Source of the DNA: Candidatus Eiseniibacteriota bacterium
Lineage (GTDB): Bacteria > Eisenbacteria > RBG-16-71-46 > CAVPCR01
Length of the DNA: 64,000 nucleotides
Reading direction: 5' to 3'
Assembly: GCA_963823555.1 (NCBI GenBank)
Contig: CAWGMA010000001.1
Coordinates: 128,001 to 192,000 of the forward strand
In this document: positions 13,202 to 25,248 of the stretch, one piece after another
Layout of the letters: every line of letters starts with the position of its first letter
Numbering within the stretch: position 1 is the first letter of the stretch
Translations under genes and position numbers: made by a program
The notes under the pieces: generated by a model
Database searches by the model: none
Seen by the model: only the letters and a program-made list of their open reading frames with translations
What the model was told of the DNA's origin: nothing

Positions 13202-14481
13202 CTGGCCGCAATCGATTGCGCCGGCGTGATGGCGAAGTCGAGCCGGGTCACCGCCGCCCGGAGAGCGGCTTCCACCGCGGCCGGATCGCCGCCCCGGGCG
13301 AAGATGAAGCCGAGGTAGCGCGATCCCTCGGGAAGCGGGATCACCCTGTCGCCCGGACGTGCCGTGATCGCGACCTCGGTCACGCCCTGGACGGCGGCGG
13401 CGGCCTCGACGCCCGCGACACCGCGCAGGATTCCGGCGCGGGGGATGGGGATCATCATCACGCCGGAAGCTTCCGGCAGGCGCGACTTGTGGATCTCGAG
13501 CGGAAGGCCGATGGCCTGCCTGAGGATCAGTTCCTCGAGGGAGACGTCGCCGAGCCCGAAGCGGAGGGCGCGCGAGCAGAGTCCCCCGATCGAGCGCCCG
13601 GCGACCTCGATCACCCACGGTCCCCGGTCGTTGACCCGGAGCTCGGCATGCACGGCGCCAGCGACAAGACCGATCGCTGCCGCGGCGCGCGCGGTGGTGT
13701 CGGCGATCGCGGCCTGTGTGTCCACAGGAAGCCGTGACGGCGTGACGTAGATGGTCTCCTCGAAGAACGGGCCGTCGAGCGGATCGGGCTTGTCGAAGAT
13801 GGCGAGCGTCGTGAGCTCGCCGCGAGAGAGCAGTCCCTCGAGCGCCACCTCGCGTCCGGGCACGAACTCCTCGATCAGGATCGTGCCAAGACCGGGATCG
13901 CGGTTCCGGCTGAGATCGGGCGCCTTGAGGATGCTCTGGAGCCGTTGCCATGCCGCGGCCAGGCTGCCCGGATCGTCCGCTCGGATCACGCCGCGGCTCC
14001 CGGAGAGGACGAGCGGTTTCGCAACGCAGGGGAAGCCGATCGTCCTCGCCACCGTGCTCGCTGCCGCCTCGGGCTCCAGGCGGCGAGGCAACACCAGGTG
14101 GCGGGGAGCCGGCACCCCGCCATGGGCCAGGGCCTCGCGCATGGCCCGCTTGTCGCGAGCGGTGCGCGCCGCGGTGGGGGAGTTGTGCGGCAGGCCGAGA
14201 GCGGCGGCCACGCCGGCAGCCAGCTCCGTGCCGGTATCGTCGACGGCGATGATCGCCTCGATCGGGCGTTGGCGCGCGAACTCGACGATCTCGCGAAGCG
14301 ATTCGGCGCTGTCCTCGAACCGCACGGTGATCGAGTTCTCCCGCGGCCAGAGCTCGGCGAGCGTGTGGCAGCGATTCGAGGCGATGAGCACCTCCGCTCC
14401 CAGGCGATGCGCAGCCGCGAGAAAGGCGTCGGCACGGTAGGTTGTGGTGGGAATGAGGAGGAGGACGCGCGGAGTGGGCAT
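13198..14481 (-). CDS. ATP-grasp domain ligase
   Basis: RDKRAMR, GFPCVAKP..LSGSRGV, IEEFVPGRE, HAELR, IEVAGRSIGG. Confidence 0.9.
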   Translation of the reverse strand: MPTPRVLLLIPTTTYRADAFLAAAHRLGAEVLIASNRCHTLAELWPRENSITVRFEDSAESLREIVEFARQRPIEAIIAVDDTGTELAAGVAAALGLPHNSPTAARTARDKRAMREALAHGGVPAPRHLVLPRRLEPEAAASTVARTIGFPCVAKPLVLSGSRGVIRADDPGSLAAAWQRLQSILKAPDLSRNRDPGLGTILIEEFVPGREVALEGLLSRGELTTLAIFDKPDPLDGPFFEETIYVTPSRLPVDTQAAIADTTARAAAAIGLVAGAVHAELRVNDRGPWVIEVAGRSIGGLCSRALRFGLGDVSLEELILRQAIGLPLEIHKSRLPEASGVMMIPIPRAGILRGVAGVEAAAAVQGVTEVAITARPGDRVIPLPEGSRYLGFIFARGGDPAAVEAALRAAVTRLDFAITPAQSIAAS

Positions 14482-14494
14482 GAGTCGAGCCTAG

Positions 14495-14531
14495 CATGAG
14501 GCCCGAGAGCTCCTGGCTCCCGGGCCTCATG
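14495..14531 (-). terminator. Probable terminator hairpin
   Basis: CATGAGGCCCG...CGGGCCTCATG inverted repeat just after the stop at 14552. Confidence 0.6.
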
Positions 14532-14551
14532 GTTCAGTCCCGCAGGGACGG

Positions 14552-15166
14552 TCAGTGGTAGATCGCCTTGATCTGGCCCCACGTCGCCGGTTCGACCGGG
14601 GCCATGGTGCAGAAGGAGGCGCCCTCGAGGGCGATCGTATACGCCCCGGTCTCGTTCGTGACACCGAGCCATGCGGCGATCGGATTGGCGGCGCCAGGAC
14701 CGTCGGGTGGACAGTGCTCGATGCCGAACGGCGAGTCCAGGAACAGCTGTTCGCCGTTCGAGTCGACCGGATCGCGATCGAACTTGCTCACGGCGAGCAG
14801 GTACTGGCCCGCTGCCGGGATGCATTGCGCCGTGACGGTCGACTGCAAGCCGCAATCTCCCGGATCGTCGTCGTTGCAGCTGAGCCCCTGGCCGTCGGTG
14901 GCGAACAGCCAGAGCTGGGTGTCGAGCGCCGTGCCGCCGCACGTGGTGGCGATCAGGAAGGGAGGGGTGCCCATGACGCTGATGCAGTACATGTCGGCAT
15001 CGTTCGCGTCCAGGTTGCCGTTGATCTGGGTCAGCGCTCCTTGACCCATCGGGGTCTGCACCGTGCCCGGCAGATCGCCGGCGTCCCCGTCCTCGTTCCA
15101 GACCTGGGCTGTCGCCATCGACGAGGACAACCCGAGAAGCAAGATCAATCCGAGCACGATCTTCAT
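14552..15166 (-). CDS. Secreted DVUA0089/PPC-like protein with TWG tail (paralog 1)
   Basis: Signal peptide; EDGDAGDLPGT, DMYCI, DTQLWLF, NDDD, GQYLLAVS; ends PVEPATWGQIKAIYH. Confidence 0.8.
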   Translation of the reverse strand: MKIVLGLILLLGLSSSMATAQVWNEDGDAGDLPGTVQTPMGQGALTQINGNLDANDADMYCISVMGTPPFLIATTCGGTALDTQLWLFATDGQGLSCNDDDPGDCGLQSTVTAQCIPAAGQYLLAVSKFDRDPVDSNGEQLFLDSPFGIEHCPPDGPGAANPIAAWLGVTNETGAYTIALEGASFCTMAPVEPATWGQIKAIYH

Positions 15167-15203
15167 GGATCCCTCCCTGAGTTGTTGAGAGTGCCCTCCG
15201 CGC

Positions 15204-16883
<1,680 letters not shown>

Positions 16884-17031
16884 GGATTCTCCGCCCTGGC
16901 GGGACAGAAGGAGATGCGCCCCCGGTACGGGGCGATGCGGCCGGCAGCGTCGAGGCGATCATGGAGATCGGACGCCAAGCGGTCAACGACCAATCGCCGG
17001 CAAGTCCGTGGCGCTTGGCTGGCCGAAAGCG

Positions 17032-17066
17032 GAAGCCCGGGGATCCGTTGCGGATCCCCGGGCTTC
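17032..17066 (-). terminator. Intrinsic terminator
   Basis: Perfect 16-bp stem GAAGCCCGGGGATCCG-TTG-CGGATCCCCGGGCTTC after the stop at 17092. Confidence 0.75.
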
Positions 17067-17091
17067 GATACCGTTTGTCGGGACTGTTCGA

Positions 17092-17697
17092 CTAGCGGTA
17101 GATGCTCTTGATGCCACCCCAGGTGGCCGGCTCGACCGCGGTGGCACCGCAGTACGAGACGCTGGTCATGCTGATCCGGTAGCTGCCGGCGCTCGTGGTG
17201 CCCGTCCATCCAATAACCGGGTTCCCCGGGCACGTGCCATCGGGAGCGCGCTCGACGTTGAACGGCGAGTTCGCCCAGATGGTGCAGGCGCCCGCGCCCT
17301 GCGGATCGCGATTGTACTTGCTGACCGCGATCAGGTACTGGCCGGGGCTGGAGACGAAAACGCCGGTGATCGTCGACTGCAGGCCGCAGCCGCCGGGATC
17401 GTCGTCGTCGTGGGTCACGCCGGTGCCGTCCTCACGGAAGAGGAAGAGCTGCGTGTCATCTTGCGTGCCGCCGCATGTGGTGGCCGTGAACGACGTCGGA
17501 GCATCGATGCGGATGCAGAACATATCCGTATCGTCCGCCAGGAACGTCCCCGAGATGGTCGCCAGGGGGCCGCCACCGATCGGGACCTGGGCCGTCGCCG
17601 GCAATTCGCCCGCGTCACCCTGCTCCACCCACTGTGCCATCGCCGGGGCCGCAAGCAGCACCCCGAGAGCGACTACGTACGCTACCAAAGCCTTCAT
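17092..17697 (-). CDS. Secreted DVUA0089/PPC-like protein with TWG tail (paralog 2)
   Basis: Signal peptide APAMA|QWVEQGDAG; ends TAVEPATWGGIKSIYR; AGGAGG RBS. Confidence 0.82.
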   Translation of the reverse strand: MKALVAYVVALGVLLAAPAMAQWVEQGDAGELPATAQVPIGGGPLATISGTFLADDTDMFCIRIDAPTSFTATTCGGTQDDTQLFLFREDGTGVTHDDDDPGGCGLQSTITGVFVSSPGQYLIAVSKYNRDPQGAGACTIWANSPFNVERAPDGTCPGNPVIGWTGTTSAGSYRISMTSVSYCGATAVEPATWGGIKSIYR

Positions 17698-17774
17698 GAT
17701 GCCCTCCTATAGCTGACGCTTGGATTACACGGTCCCCCTTGCGTTGGCCGAGCTTGGGCTGACCTTCGAAAAAG

Positions 17775-17802
17775 ACTACACTGATCCGTATTCCATAATC
17801 AA
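17775..17802 (-). promoter_or_regulatory. Candidate sigma70 promoter of paralog 2
   Basis: TTGATT-N16-TGTAGT, similar to the promoters of paralogs 3 and 4. Confidence 0.45.
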
Positions 17803-17918
17803 GCAATATCTTGCGCGCGTTGAGCCCCGTGGTGGTGCGCACCCCGGGATGATAAATACGAGGGTCGGGAGGCGGCCCGCGAGGCGCTGCCGGCAACTGC
17901 CCGGGTCACGGGAAACAA

Positions 17919-17955
17919 ACCGGCCCGGGAGCCCTTGCCGGGTCCCCGGGCCGGT
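17919..17955 (-). terminator. Intrinsic terminator
   Basis: ACCGGCCCGGG...CCCGGGCCGGT stem followed on the minus strand by TTGTTT. Confidence 0.7.
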
Positions 17956-17976
17956 GCTTTCCGGGCCGCTTCAGTT

Positions 17977-18569
17977 CTAGCGGTAGATGCTCTTGATGCT
18001 GCCCCAGGTCGACGGCTCGACCGCGGTCGCGCCGCAGTAGGAGACGCTGGTGAAGGTGATCACGTAGTCGCCACCGTCTGTGGTGGTGTTGACCCAACGG
18101 CAACCGGCGCCGTGGCCGTCGCGCACCCACTCGAAGTCGGGAACAGGGTTTCGTTTGCCGGGCCGCGGGGATCCCGGTTGTACTTGCTGATGGCGATCAG
18201 GTACTGCCCGGGCGTGTTGATCGTGCAATTGCTGAAGCTGCCGATCAACGACTGGAGCCCCGGATCACAGGTGTCGTCATCCCAGGTCACGGGGACGCCA
18301 TCCTCGCGGAAGAGGAACAACTGGGTGTCCCAGGTGGTCGTCCCACACGTCTGGGCGCTGAAGGTCCCGGGATCGTCAACCCGGATGCAGTACATGTCGA
18401 CATCCATTGCGGGCATTGTGCCCTGGATCGTGGCGAGCGGGCCGCCACCGATCGGAATCTGGGCCGTCGCCGGCAGATCCCCGGCGTCGCCCTGCTCGAC
18501 CCACTGTCCCATCGCCGGGGCGGCGAGCAGCACCCCCAGAGCCACGGTGTACGCTAGCAGAGCCCTCAT
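17977..18569 (-). CDS. Secreted DVUA0089/PPC-like protein with TWG tail (paralog 3), one-base frameshift at ~18097
   Basis: Adding one base (GCC G[G]T TGG) joins the two ORFs as PVAGWVNTTTDGGDY...TAVEPSTWGSIKSIYR, collinear with paralog 4. Confidence 0.8.
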
Positions 18570-18648
18570 GTTGTCCTCCTCAAGCTGGTACCAAGCCTTG
18601 GTGAACAGACAGCCGCCAGCGCTTGAGCGGCTGTGATGAACTGTAAGG

Positions 18649-18677
18649 ACTATATCATGATGAGGTCATGAAATCAA
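18649..18677 (-). promoter_or_regulatory. Sigma70 promoter of paralog 3
   Basis: TTGATT-N17-TATAGT with extended -10 TG; spacer is TCATGA-N5-TCATGA. Confidence 0.75.
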
Positions 18678-18709
18678 GGAGTGCTCACGCCATCCCGCCG
18701 GGTGAACGA

Positions 18710-18742
18710 ACGGCCCGGGACCCCCTCGGGGGCCCGGGCCGT
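18710..18742 (-). terminator. Intrinsic terminator
   Basis: ACGGCCCGGG-ACCCCC-TC-GGGGG-CCCGGGCCGT hairpin after the stop at 18764. Confidence 0.7.
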
Positions 18743-18763
18743 GAGATCGAGGCCGGTTCGATC

Positions 18764-19372
18764 CTAGCGGTAGATGCTCTTGATGCTGCCCCAGGTCGAC
18801 GGCTCGACCGCGGTCGCGCCGCAGTAAGAAACGCCAGCCAGGGCGATCGTGTAGGCGCCACCCGCTGAGGTGTTGTTGATCCAGCCGGCAACCGGGTTCG
18901 CTGCTCCGGTACCATCAACGCAGTGTTCGGCTGTCCCGGAGAGCCACAGCGTGGCGCCCGCGGCGTCGACCGGGTCCCGGTTGTACCGGCTCACCGCCAG
19001 CAGGTACTGGCCCGGGCCGGCGAAGTTCGGGCAGGCGGTCGTGGCGGCGCCGATCTGCGACTGCAGGCCGCAGGCATCATCGTTCATTCCGATGCCGAGG
19101 CCGTCCTCGCGGAAGAGGAAGATCTGCGTGTCGTAGGAAGCGCCGTTGCATGTCCCGGCAAGGAAGCCGGCCGGGTCGTCGATGCGGATGCAGTACATGT
19201 CGACATCGTTCGCGTCGAGAGTACCCGCGATCGTGGCCAGCGGACCCCCGCCGACCGGAACCTGGGCGCTCCCGGGCAGATCGCCCGCGTCGCCCTGCTC
19301 GACCCACTGTGCCATCGCCGGGGCGGCGAGCAACACGCCCAAAGCTACGGCATACGCTAGCAAAGCCCTCAT
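18764..19372 (-). CDS. Secreted DVUA0089/PPC-like protein with TWG tail (paralog 4)
   Basis: Signal peptide; QWVEQGDAGDLP, DMYCIRID, DTQIFLF; ends TAVEPSTWGSIKSIYR. Confidence 0.83.
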   Translation of the reverse strand: MRALLAYAVALGVLLAAPAMAQWVEQGDAGDLPGSAQVPVGGGPLATIAGTLDANDVDMYCIRIDDPAGFLAGTCNGASYDTQIFLFREDGLGIGMNDDACGLQSQIGAATTACPNFAGPGQYLLAVSRYNRDPVDAAGATLWLSGTAEHCVDGTGAANPVAGWINNTSAGGAYTIALAGVSYCGATAVEPSTWGSIKSIYR

Positions 19373-19451
19373 GTTGTCCTCCTCAAGCTGGCACCAAGCC
19401 TTGATGCACGCACAGCCGCCAGCGCTGAAGCGGCTGCAACTAACTATGATG

Positions 19452-19480
19452 ACTATATCACGATGTTGTCATGAAATCAA
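19452..19480 (-). promoter_or_regulatory. Sigma70 promoter of paralog 4
   Basis: TTGATT-N17-TATAGT with TG extension, same hexamers as the paralog 3 promoter. Confidence 0.75.
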
Positions 19481-19546
19481 ATGAACACCCGAATGACAGT
19501 CGAGGACAGCAAGCTGGAAATGGGTTGGTTGTCCCGGCTGCCTGGC

Positions 19547-21919
19547 CTAGAGCTTGGCCCGGCGCAGCCGGAGCGCGTTCGAGATCACCGACACCGAGGA
19601 CAGGCTCATGGCCGCACTCGCTACCATCGGGGAGAGGAGGAGGCCGAAGGCCGGGTAGAGGACGCCGGCGGCGATAGGCACCCCGATCGAGTTGTAAACG
19701 AAGGCCAGGAAGAGGTTTTGACGGATGTTCCGCATCGTGGCCCGGGACAGCCGCCGGGCCCGGGCGATCCCCCGGAGGTCCCCCTTGACGAGAGTGATGC
19801 CGGCGCTCTCCATGGCAACGTCCGTCCCCGTCCCCATGGCGATACCCACCTCGGCTGCGGCCAGGGCCGGGGCGTCATTGACTCCATCTCCCGCCATGGC
19901 CACCACTCGACCCTGACCCTGGAGCTCTCCCACAACCTCGCTCTTTCCGGCCGGCAACACCTCGGCGCGCACGTCGTCGATGCCCAGGCGCCTGGCCACC
20001 GCCTCGGCCGCGCCCCGGCTATCCCCGGTCAGCATGAGGATCCGCATCCCCTCATCGTGGAGAATGCGGATCGCCTCCGGGGTCGTCTCCTTGATCGGGT
20101 CCGCCACGGCCAGGAGCCCGGCGACGCGGCCGTCGACCGCCAGGAAGACCACCGTGTGACCGTCGTGACGGAGGGCATCCGCATCCGGACGCAGCTTTTC
20201 CACATCGATCGTGGATTCCTGCATCAAGGGGTCGTTGCCGAGGATGACCTCGCGGCCGTCCACCGTGCCGCGGACACCCTTCCCGGTCACCGAGTGGAAG
20301 TCGGTGCTTGCCGGCACCTGGAGCCCGCGGTCCGCGGCGGCTCGCACCAGGGTGGCGGCCAGCGGATGCTCGCTCGCGCGCTCGATGGCGGCGGCCATGG
20401 CGAGCACGTCGTCCTCGCCATGGGGCGCGAGCGTCCTCACTGCGACCAGTTCGGGTCTGCCCCGAGTGAGGGTTCCCGTCTTGTCGACTATGAGCGTGTC
20501 CACCTTCTCGAGTCGTTCGAGGGCCTCGGCGTTCTTGATGAGCACCCCGGCCTGGGCACCGCGTCCGGTGCCGACCATGATCGACATCGGGGTGGCCAGT
20601 CCCAGGGCGCACGGGCAGGCGATGATGAGGACGGCGACCGCGTTCACCACCGCGTGCGCGAGTCGCGGCTCGGGGCCGAAGAGGCCCCAGATGAGCGCGG
20701 TCGCTGCGGCGACGAGAACGACCGCGGGAACGAAGTAGGCGGCGACCCGGTCCGCGAGATGCTGGATCGGCGCGCGCGATCTCTGTGCTGCGGAAACCAG
20801 GTTGACGATCTGGGCGAGAAGGGTCTCGGCTCCCACGCGCTCGGCGCGCATGACGAGGCTCCCGGTCGAGTTGACCGTGGCCCCGATCACGGGTTCGCCC
20901 GCGGTCTTCTCGACCGGGATCGATTCCCCGGTCATCATCGATTCATCGACTGCGCTCCGGCCCTCGAGGACGACGCCGTCCACCGGCACCTTCTCTCCGG
21001 GGCGGACACGGAGCCGGTCCCCTGGCTGCACCGCTTCGAGGGGAACATCCTCTTCACCCCCGTCCGCGCGGATCCGGCGCGCGGTGCGGGGGGCGAGGTC
21101 GAGAAGGGCCCGGATGGCGCCCCGCGTGCGTTCGCGCGCCCGGAGCTCGAGCACCTGACCCACGAGGACGAGCACCGTGATCACCGCCGCCGCTTCGAAG
21201 TAGACGGCGACCTCGCCGCCGTGCCCCTGGGCCGCCGGCGGGAACAGGCCGGGGGCCAGCGTGGCCGCCAGGCTGTAGAGGTAGGCGACACCGGTCCCGG
21301 CGGCGATCAGGGTGAACATGTTCGGGCGTCGGCTCTTGATCGAGATCCAGCCTCGCGCAAAAAACGGCGCACCACAGTAGAGAACGACGGGGGTGGCGAG
21401 AACGAGCTGGATCCAGGTGGCGACCCGTGGCGGGACGACTCGGCTCAGCGGGTTCCCGGGGATCATCTCCGCCATGGCGAGCAGGAACACCGGTGCGGTG
21501 AAGAGGACGCCGATCCAGAAGCGCCGCTTCATGTCGGCGAGCTCCGGGTTCGGCTCCTCGCTGGCCGTGACCGAACTCGGCTCGAGCGCCATGCCGCAGA
21601 TCGGGCAGGGGCCGGGCCGATCGCTCACCACCTCGGGATCCATGGGGCAGATCCAGACCACCTTTCCGCCGGGTGGTGGGGCCGTCCCATCCGCCATCTT
21701 GCGCTCGGCGCCAGGGGTCAGGTAGCGCTCAGGCTCGGCGGCAAACTTGGTGGCGCATCCGGCGCAGCAGAAGGAGTAGGTATGGCCGGCGTGCTCGTGC
21801 CGGTGGGGCGTCTTCCCGGGGTCGACGGTCATGCCGCACACCGGATCGACCGCCGTGCTGCTCGACCCGCCGCCCGGGCCGCCGGGGCCGGCGATGGGGA
21901 TGCTGTGCCGTGAGTCCAT
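19547..21919 (-). CDS. copA: Cu(I)/Ag-translocating P1B ATPase with YHS and heavy-metal-binding domains
   Basis: DPVCGM...[66 protein letters not shown]. Confidence 0.93.
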   Translation of the reverse strand: MDSRHSIPIAGPGGPGGGSSSTAVDPVCGMTVDPGKTPHRHEHAGHTYSFCCAGCATKFAAEPERYLTPGAERKMADGTAPPPGGKVVWICPMDPEVVSDRPGPCPICGMALEPSSVTASEEPNPELADMKRRFWIGVLFTAPVFLLAMAEMIPGNPLSRVVPPRVATWIQLVLATPVVLYCGAPFFARGWISIKSRRPNMFTLIAAGTGVAYLYSLAATLAPGLFPPAAQGHGGEVAVYFEAAAVITVLVLVGQVLELRARERTRGAIRALLDLAPRTARRIRADGGEEDVPLEAVQPGDRLRVRPGEKVPVDGVVLEGRSAVDESMMTGESIPVEKTAGEPVIGATVNSTGSLVMRAERVGAETLLAQIVNLVSAAQRSRAPIQHLADRVAAYFVPAVVLVAAATALIWGLFGPEPRLAHAVVNAVAVLIIACPCALGLATPMSIMVGTGRGAQAGVLIKNAEALERLEKVDTLIVDKTGTLTRGRPELVAVRTLAPHGEDDVLAMAAAIERASEHPLAATLVRAAADRGLQVPASTDFHSVTGKGVRGTVDGREVILGNDPLMQESTIDVEKLRPDADALRHDGHTVVFLAVDGRVAGLLAVADPIKETTPEAIRILHDEGMRILMLTGDSRGAAEAVARRLGIDDVRAEVLPAGKSEVVGELQGQGRVVAMAGDGVNDAPALAAAEVGIAMGTGTDVAMESAGITLVKGDLRGIARARRLSRATMRNIRQNLFLAFVYNSIGVPIAAGVLYPAFGLLLSPMVASAAMSLSSVSVISNALRLRRAKL

Positions 21920-21945
21920 GCGCTTTTCCTCCTGGTTGGGGCTCA

Positions 21946-24900
21946 TCATAGCCGAGAACGATCGGCTTCTGCCCTGACCTCGCTGTGCCAGCGCCACAGG
22001 AGGTAGATGGCGGGATAGACGAGGAGCTCCATCAGGAACGAAGTGGCCAGCCCACCCACCATCGGGGCCGCGATCCGCTTCATGACGTCGGCTCCCGTGC
22101 CCACGGCCCACATGATAGGCAAGAGGCCGGCGAACGTGGTGGCCACGGTCATGAACTTGGGCCGCACGCGGAGGACCGCCCCATGGAGAATGGCCTCGTT
22201 CAGATCCGCGCGGCTCCGCATCCGGCCCTGCGCCTTCATCTCGTCGTAGGCCAGATCGAGGTAGAGGAGCATGAAGACTCCGGTCTCGGCATCGACGCCG
22301 AGGAGAGCGATCAGCCCGACCCAGACCCCGATCGACATGTTGTAGCCGAGCAGGTAGAGGAGCCACACCGCGCCGATCGCCGAGAACGGCACGGCAAGGA
22401 GGACGATGAAGGTCTTGGTGACCGAGCGCGTGTTCAAGAAGAGCAGGACGAAGATGAGGAAGAGCGTGAGCGGCACGACAAGCATCAGACGCGCCTCGAC
22501 CCGCTGCATGTACTCGTACTGCCCGCTCCAGCCGAGAGAGTATCCAGGCGGCAGCTCGAGCTGGTCGCGCACCGTGCGCTTGGCCTCCGCGACATAGCCG
22601 CCGAGGTCGCGCCCGGCCACATCCACGTAGACATAGCCGGCCAGGAGCCCGTTCTCGTTGCGGATCATTGCCGGCCCGGTGCGGAGCCGGATGTCGGCGA
22701 TCTGCGCCATCGGCACCTGGGCCCCCGATGGGGTGGCGACCAGCACGCGCTTGAGCTTCTCCAGGTCGCTGCGGTAGTCGGCCTGGTAGCGCACGTTCAC
22801 CGGGTAGCGCTCGCGGCCCTCGATGGTCGTCGTCACGTTGTCGCCGCCGACCGCCGCCATCACCGTCATCTCGGCGTCCTCGACGGTGAGGCCGTAGCGA
22901 GCGAGCTCGTCCCGCCGGAGGTCGAAATCGACGAAGTAGCCCCCGGCGGTGCGCTCGGCGAAGATGCTCTGGGTTCCCGGCACGGCGCGGAGGATGCCCT
23001 CGAGTCGCTCGCCGATGCGCTCGATCTCGGCCAGGTCGGAGCCGAAGATCTTGATTCCGACCGGGGTTCGTACTCCGGTCGTGAGCATGTCGATGCGAGC
23101 TTTGATCGGCATGGTCCAGGCGTTGGTCACGCCCGGGAAGCGCATCGCCTCATCGAAGCCGCCGGGGCCGTAGATGAGCTCGTCCCACGAGATATGGTCG
23201 GGCCAGAATCGCCGCAACACGGACTTGATCCAGTCCGGCGCCCAGGAGGAGTACCAGCGCGGTTTCGCCCTCCACTCGCTCTCCGGCTTGAGCGTGACCA
23301 CGGTCTCCATCATCGAGAAGGGGGCGGGATCGGTCGAGGTTTCGGCGCGGCCCGCCTTGCCGTGAACGCGCTCGACCTCCGGAAAGGAACGCAGGATGCG
23401 GTCCTGCGTCTGTAGCAGTCGCGTCGCCTCGGTGACCGAGATGCCGGGCAAGGTCGTCGGCATGTAGAGGATCGCCCCCTCGTTGAGTGGAGGCATGAAC
23501 TCGGAGCCGAGCTGCATGGCGATGGGGACGGTGGCGAGCATGAGCACCACGGCGGCGGCGATCACGAACCACGGCCTGCGTAGGACGAAGCGGGCCGCCG
23601 GCATGTACATGCGGTGGAGGCGCCGGCTCACCGGGTGGTCCTCCTCGCGGTGAATGCGGCCGACGAAGACGGTGTTGAGTGCGCGCGCCAGGAACCGCGG
23701 CCGGAAGGTGAACTCCTTGACATGGGTGAAGAGGAGCCTGAGCGCCGGGTCGAGCGTGATGGCGAGCACCGCGGCCAGCGCCATCGCGAAGTTCTTGGTG
23801 AACGCGAGCGGCTTGAAGAGCCGTCCCTCCTGCGCCTCCAGGGTGAACACCGGTATGAAGGCGACGGCGATCACGAGCAGGGAGAAGAAGGACGGCCGGC
23901 CCACCTCCTTGATCCCGGCGATGATCACCTCCCGGTAATCACCGCGGCGCCCACCGGCATCCCACTGCTCGAGGCGCTTGTGGGTCTGCTCGACGACGAC
24001 GATCGCCGCGTCCACCATGGCCCCGATCGCCACCGCGATGCCGGCCAGGGACATGATGTTGGCGGAGATGCCCATCAGCTTCATGGGGATGAAGGAGAGG
24101 ATGACCGCCGCCGGTAGGGTGACGATGGGAATCAAGGCGCTCGGGATGTGCCACAGGAAGAGGAGGATGATCAGTGCGACGATGATCATCTCCTCGCGCA
24201 GGGTGTCTTTGAGCGTGTCGATCGAGCGGTCGATGAGCTCCGAACGGTCGTAGGTGGTGACGATGCTCACCCCTTCCGGTAGAGACGGCTCGATCTCCGC
24301 GATCTTCTCCTTGACGCGCTCGATGACCTTGAGCGCGTTCTCCCCGTGGCGCATGACGACGATGCCGCCCGCCGTCTCGCCGATGCCGTCGAGCTCGCCG
24401 ATGCCGCGCCGGATGTCCGGGCCCAGGGTCACCGTGCCCAGGTTCCGCACCAGCACCGGAGTGCCGGTTGCGGCGTCGACGTCGACGACGATGGCGCCGA
24501 TGTCCTCGGTTGAGCGCGCGTAGCCGCGCCCGCGCACCATGTACTCCCGCCCCGTGAACTCGACCAGACGCCCGCCGACGTCGGCGTTGCCCTTGCGGAC
24601 GGCGTCGACAACGCGCGTGATCGGGAGGTTGTAGGCCAGAAGCGCATTGGGATCGATGTTGACCTGGTACTGGCGCACGAAGCCGCCGATCGGAGCCACT
24701 TCGGCCACTCCCGGCACGCTCTCCAGGTAGTAGCGCAGGGTCCAGTCCTGATAAGAGCGGAGGTCGGCCAGCGTTTGTTGACCGCTCGTATCCACGAGCG
24801 CGTACTGGAACACCCAGCCGACACCGGTGGCGTCGGGCCCGATCTCGGTGCGCACACCCTCGGGGAGAGAGGGTGTGATCTTCGACAGGTACTCGAGAGT

Positions 24901-25224
24901 GCGGGCGCGTGCCCAGTAGATATCGGTCCCGTCCTCGAAGATGACGTAGACGTAGGAGTAGCCGAAGTCGGAGAAGCCGCGGATATCCTTGACCCGTGGA
25001 GCTCCGAGCAGGGCGGCGACGATCGGATAGGTGACCTGGTCCTCGATGATGTCCGGGCTGCGATCCCACCGCGAGTAGATGATGACCTGAGTGTCGGAGA
25101 GGTCGGGAATGGCGTCGAGAGGAATGTTCCTGATCGCCCACACGCCGAGGACCAGCCCGCTGGCCAGAAAGAGAAGGACGACGAAGCGGTTGCGGGCGCA
25201 ATAGTCGATGATTCGCTCGATCAT
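21946..25224 (-). CDS. cusA: CusA/SilA heavy-metal RND permease
   Basis: [59 protein letters not shown]. Confidence 0.94.
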   Translation of the reverse strand: MIERIIDYCARNRFVVLLFLASGLVLGVWAIRNIPLDAIPDLSDTQVIIYSRWDRSPDIIEDQVTYPIVAALLGAPRVKDIRGFSDFGYSYVYVIFEDGTDIYWARARTLEYLSKITPSLPEGVRTEIGPDATGVGWVFQYALVDTSGQQTLADLRSYQDWTLRYYLESVPGVAEVAPIGGFVRQYQVNIDPNALLAYNLPITRVVDAVRKGNADVGGRLVEFTGREYMVRGRGYARSTEDIGAIVVDVDAATGTPVLVRNLGTVTLGPDIRRGIGELDGIGETAGGIVVMRHGENALKVIERVKEKIAEIEPSLPEGVSIVTTYDRSELIDRSIDTLKDTLREEMIIVALIILLFLWHIPSALIPIVTLPAAVILSFIPMKLMGISANIMSLAGIAVAIGAMVDAAIVVVEQTHKRLEQWDAGGRRGDYREVIIAGIKEVGRPSFFSLLVIAVAFIPVFTLEAQEGRLFKPLAFTKNFAMALAAVLAITLDPALRLLFTHVKEFTFRPRFLARALNTVFVGRIHREEDHPVSRRLHRMYMPAARFVLRRPWFVIAAAVVLMLATVPIAMQLGSEFMPPLNEGAILYMPTTLPGISVTEATRLLQTQDRILRSFPEVERVHGKAGRAETSTDPAPFSMMETVVTLKPESEWRAKPRWYSSWAPDWIKSVLRRFWPDHISWDELIYGPGGFDEAMRFPGVTNAWTMPIKARIDMLTTGVRTPVGIKIFGSDLAEIERIGERLEGILRAVPGTQSIFAERTAGGYFVDFDLRRDELARYGLTVEDAEMTVMAAVGGDNVTTTIEGRERYPVNVRYQADYRSDLEKLKRVLVATPSGAQVPMAQIADIRLRTGPAMIRNENGLLAGYVYVDVAGRDLGGYVAEAKRTVRDQLELPPGYSLGWSGQYEYMQRVEARLMLVVPLTLFLIFVLLFLNTRSVTKTFIVLLAVPFSAIGAVWLLYLLGYNMSIGVWVGLIALLGVDAETGVFMLLYLDLAYDEMKAQGRMRSRADLNEAILHGAVLRVRPKFMTVATTFAGLLPIMWAVGTGADVMKRIAAPMVGGLATSFLMELLVYPAIYLLWRWHSEVRAEADRSRL

Positions 25225-25248
25225 GGCTTGCTGCTCCTTGCGCCGCCG

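Larger units (their letters stand above)
18570..19480 (-). repeat. Two copies of a ~108-bp leader plus promoter (18570-18677 and 19373-19480)
   Basis: Shared TTGTCCTCCTCAAGCTGG.ACCAAGCCTTG, CAGCCGCCAGCGCT..AGCGGCTG and GACTATATCA.GATG..GTCATGAAATCAA. Confidence 0.9.

Noticed and set aside
17092..19480. Repeats as a CRISPR array or a diversity-generating retroelement
   Set aside because: The repeats are coding ends and promoters of paralogous genes; no regular spacers, cas genes or reverse transcriptase in the window.
19481..21913. 810-aa + strand ORF and many other long antisense or alternate-frame ORFs
   Set aside because: Shadow ORFs of well-supported genes (here copA), expected in high-GC DNA; no recognisable motifs.
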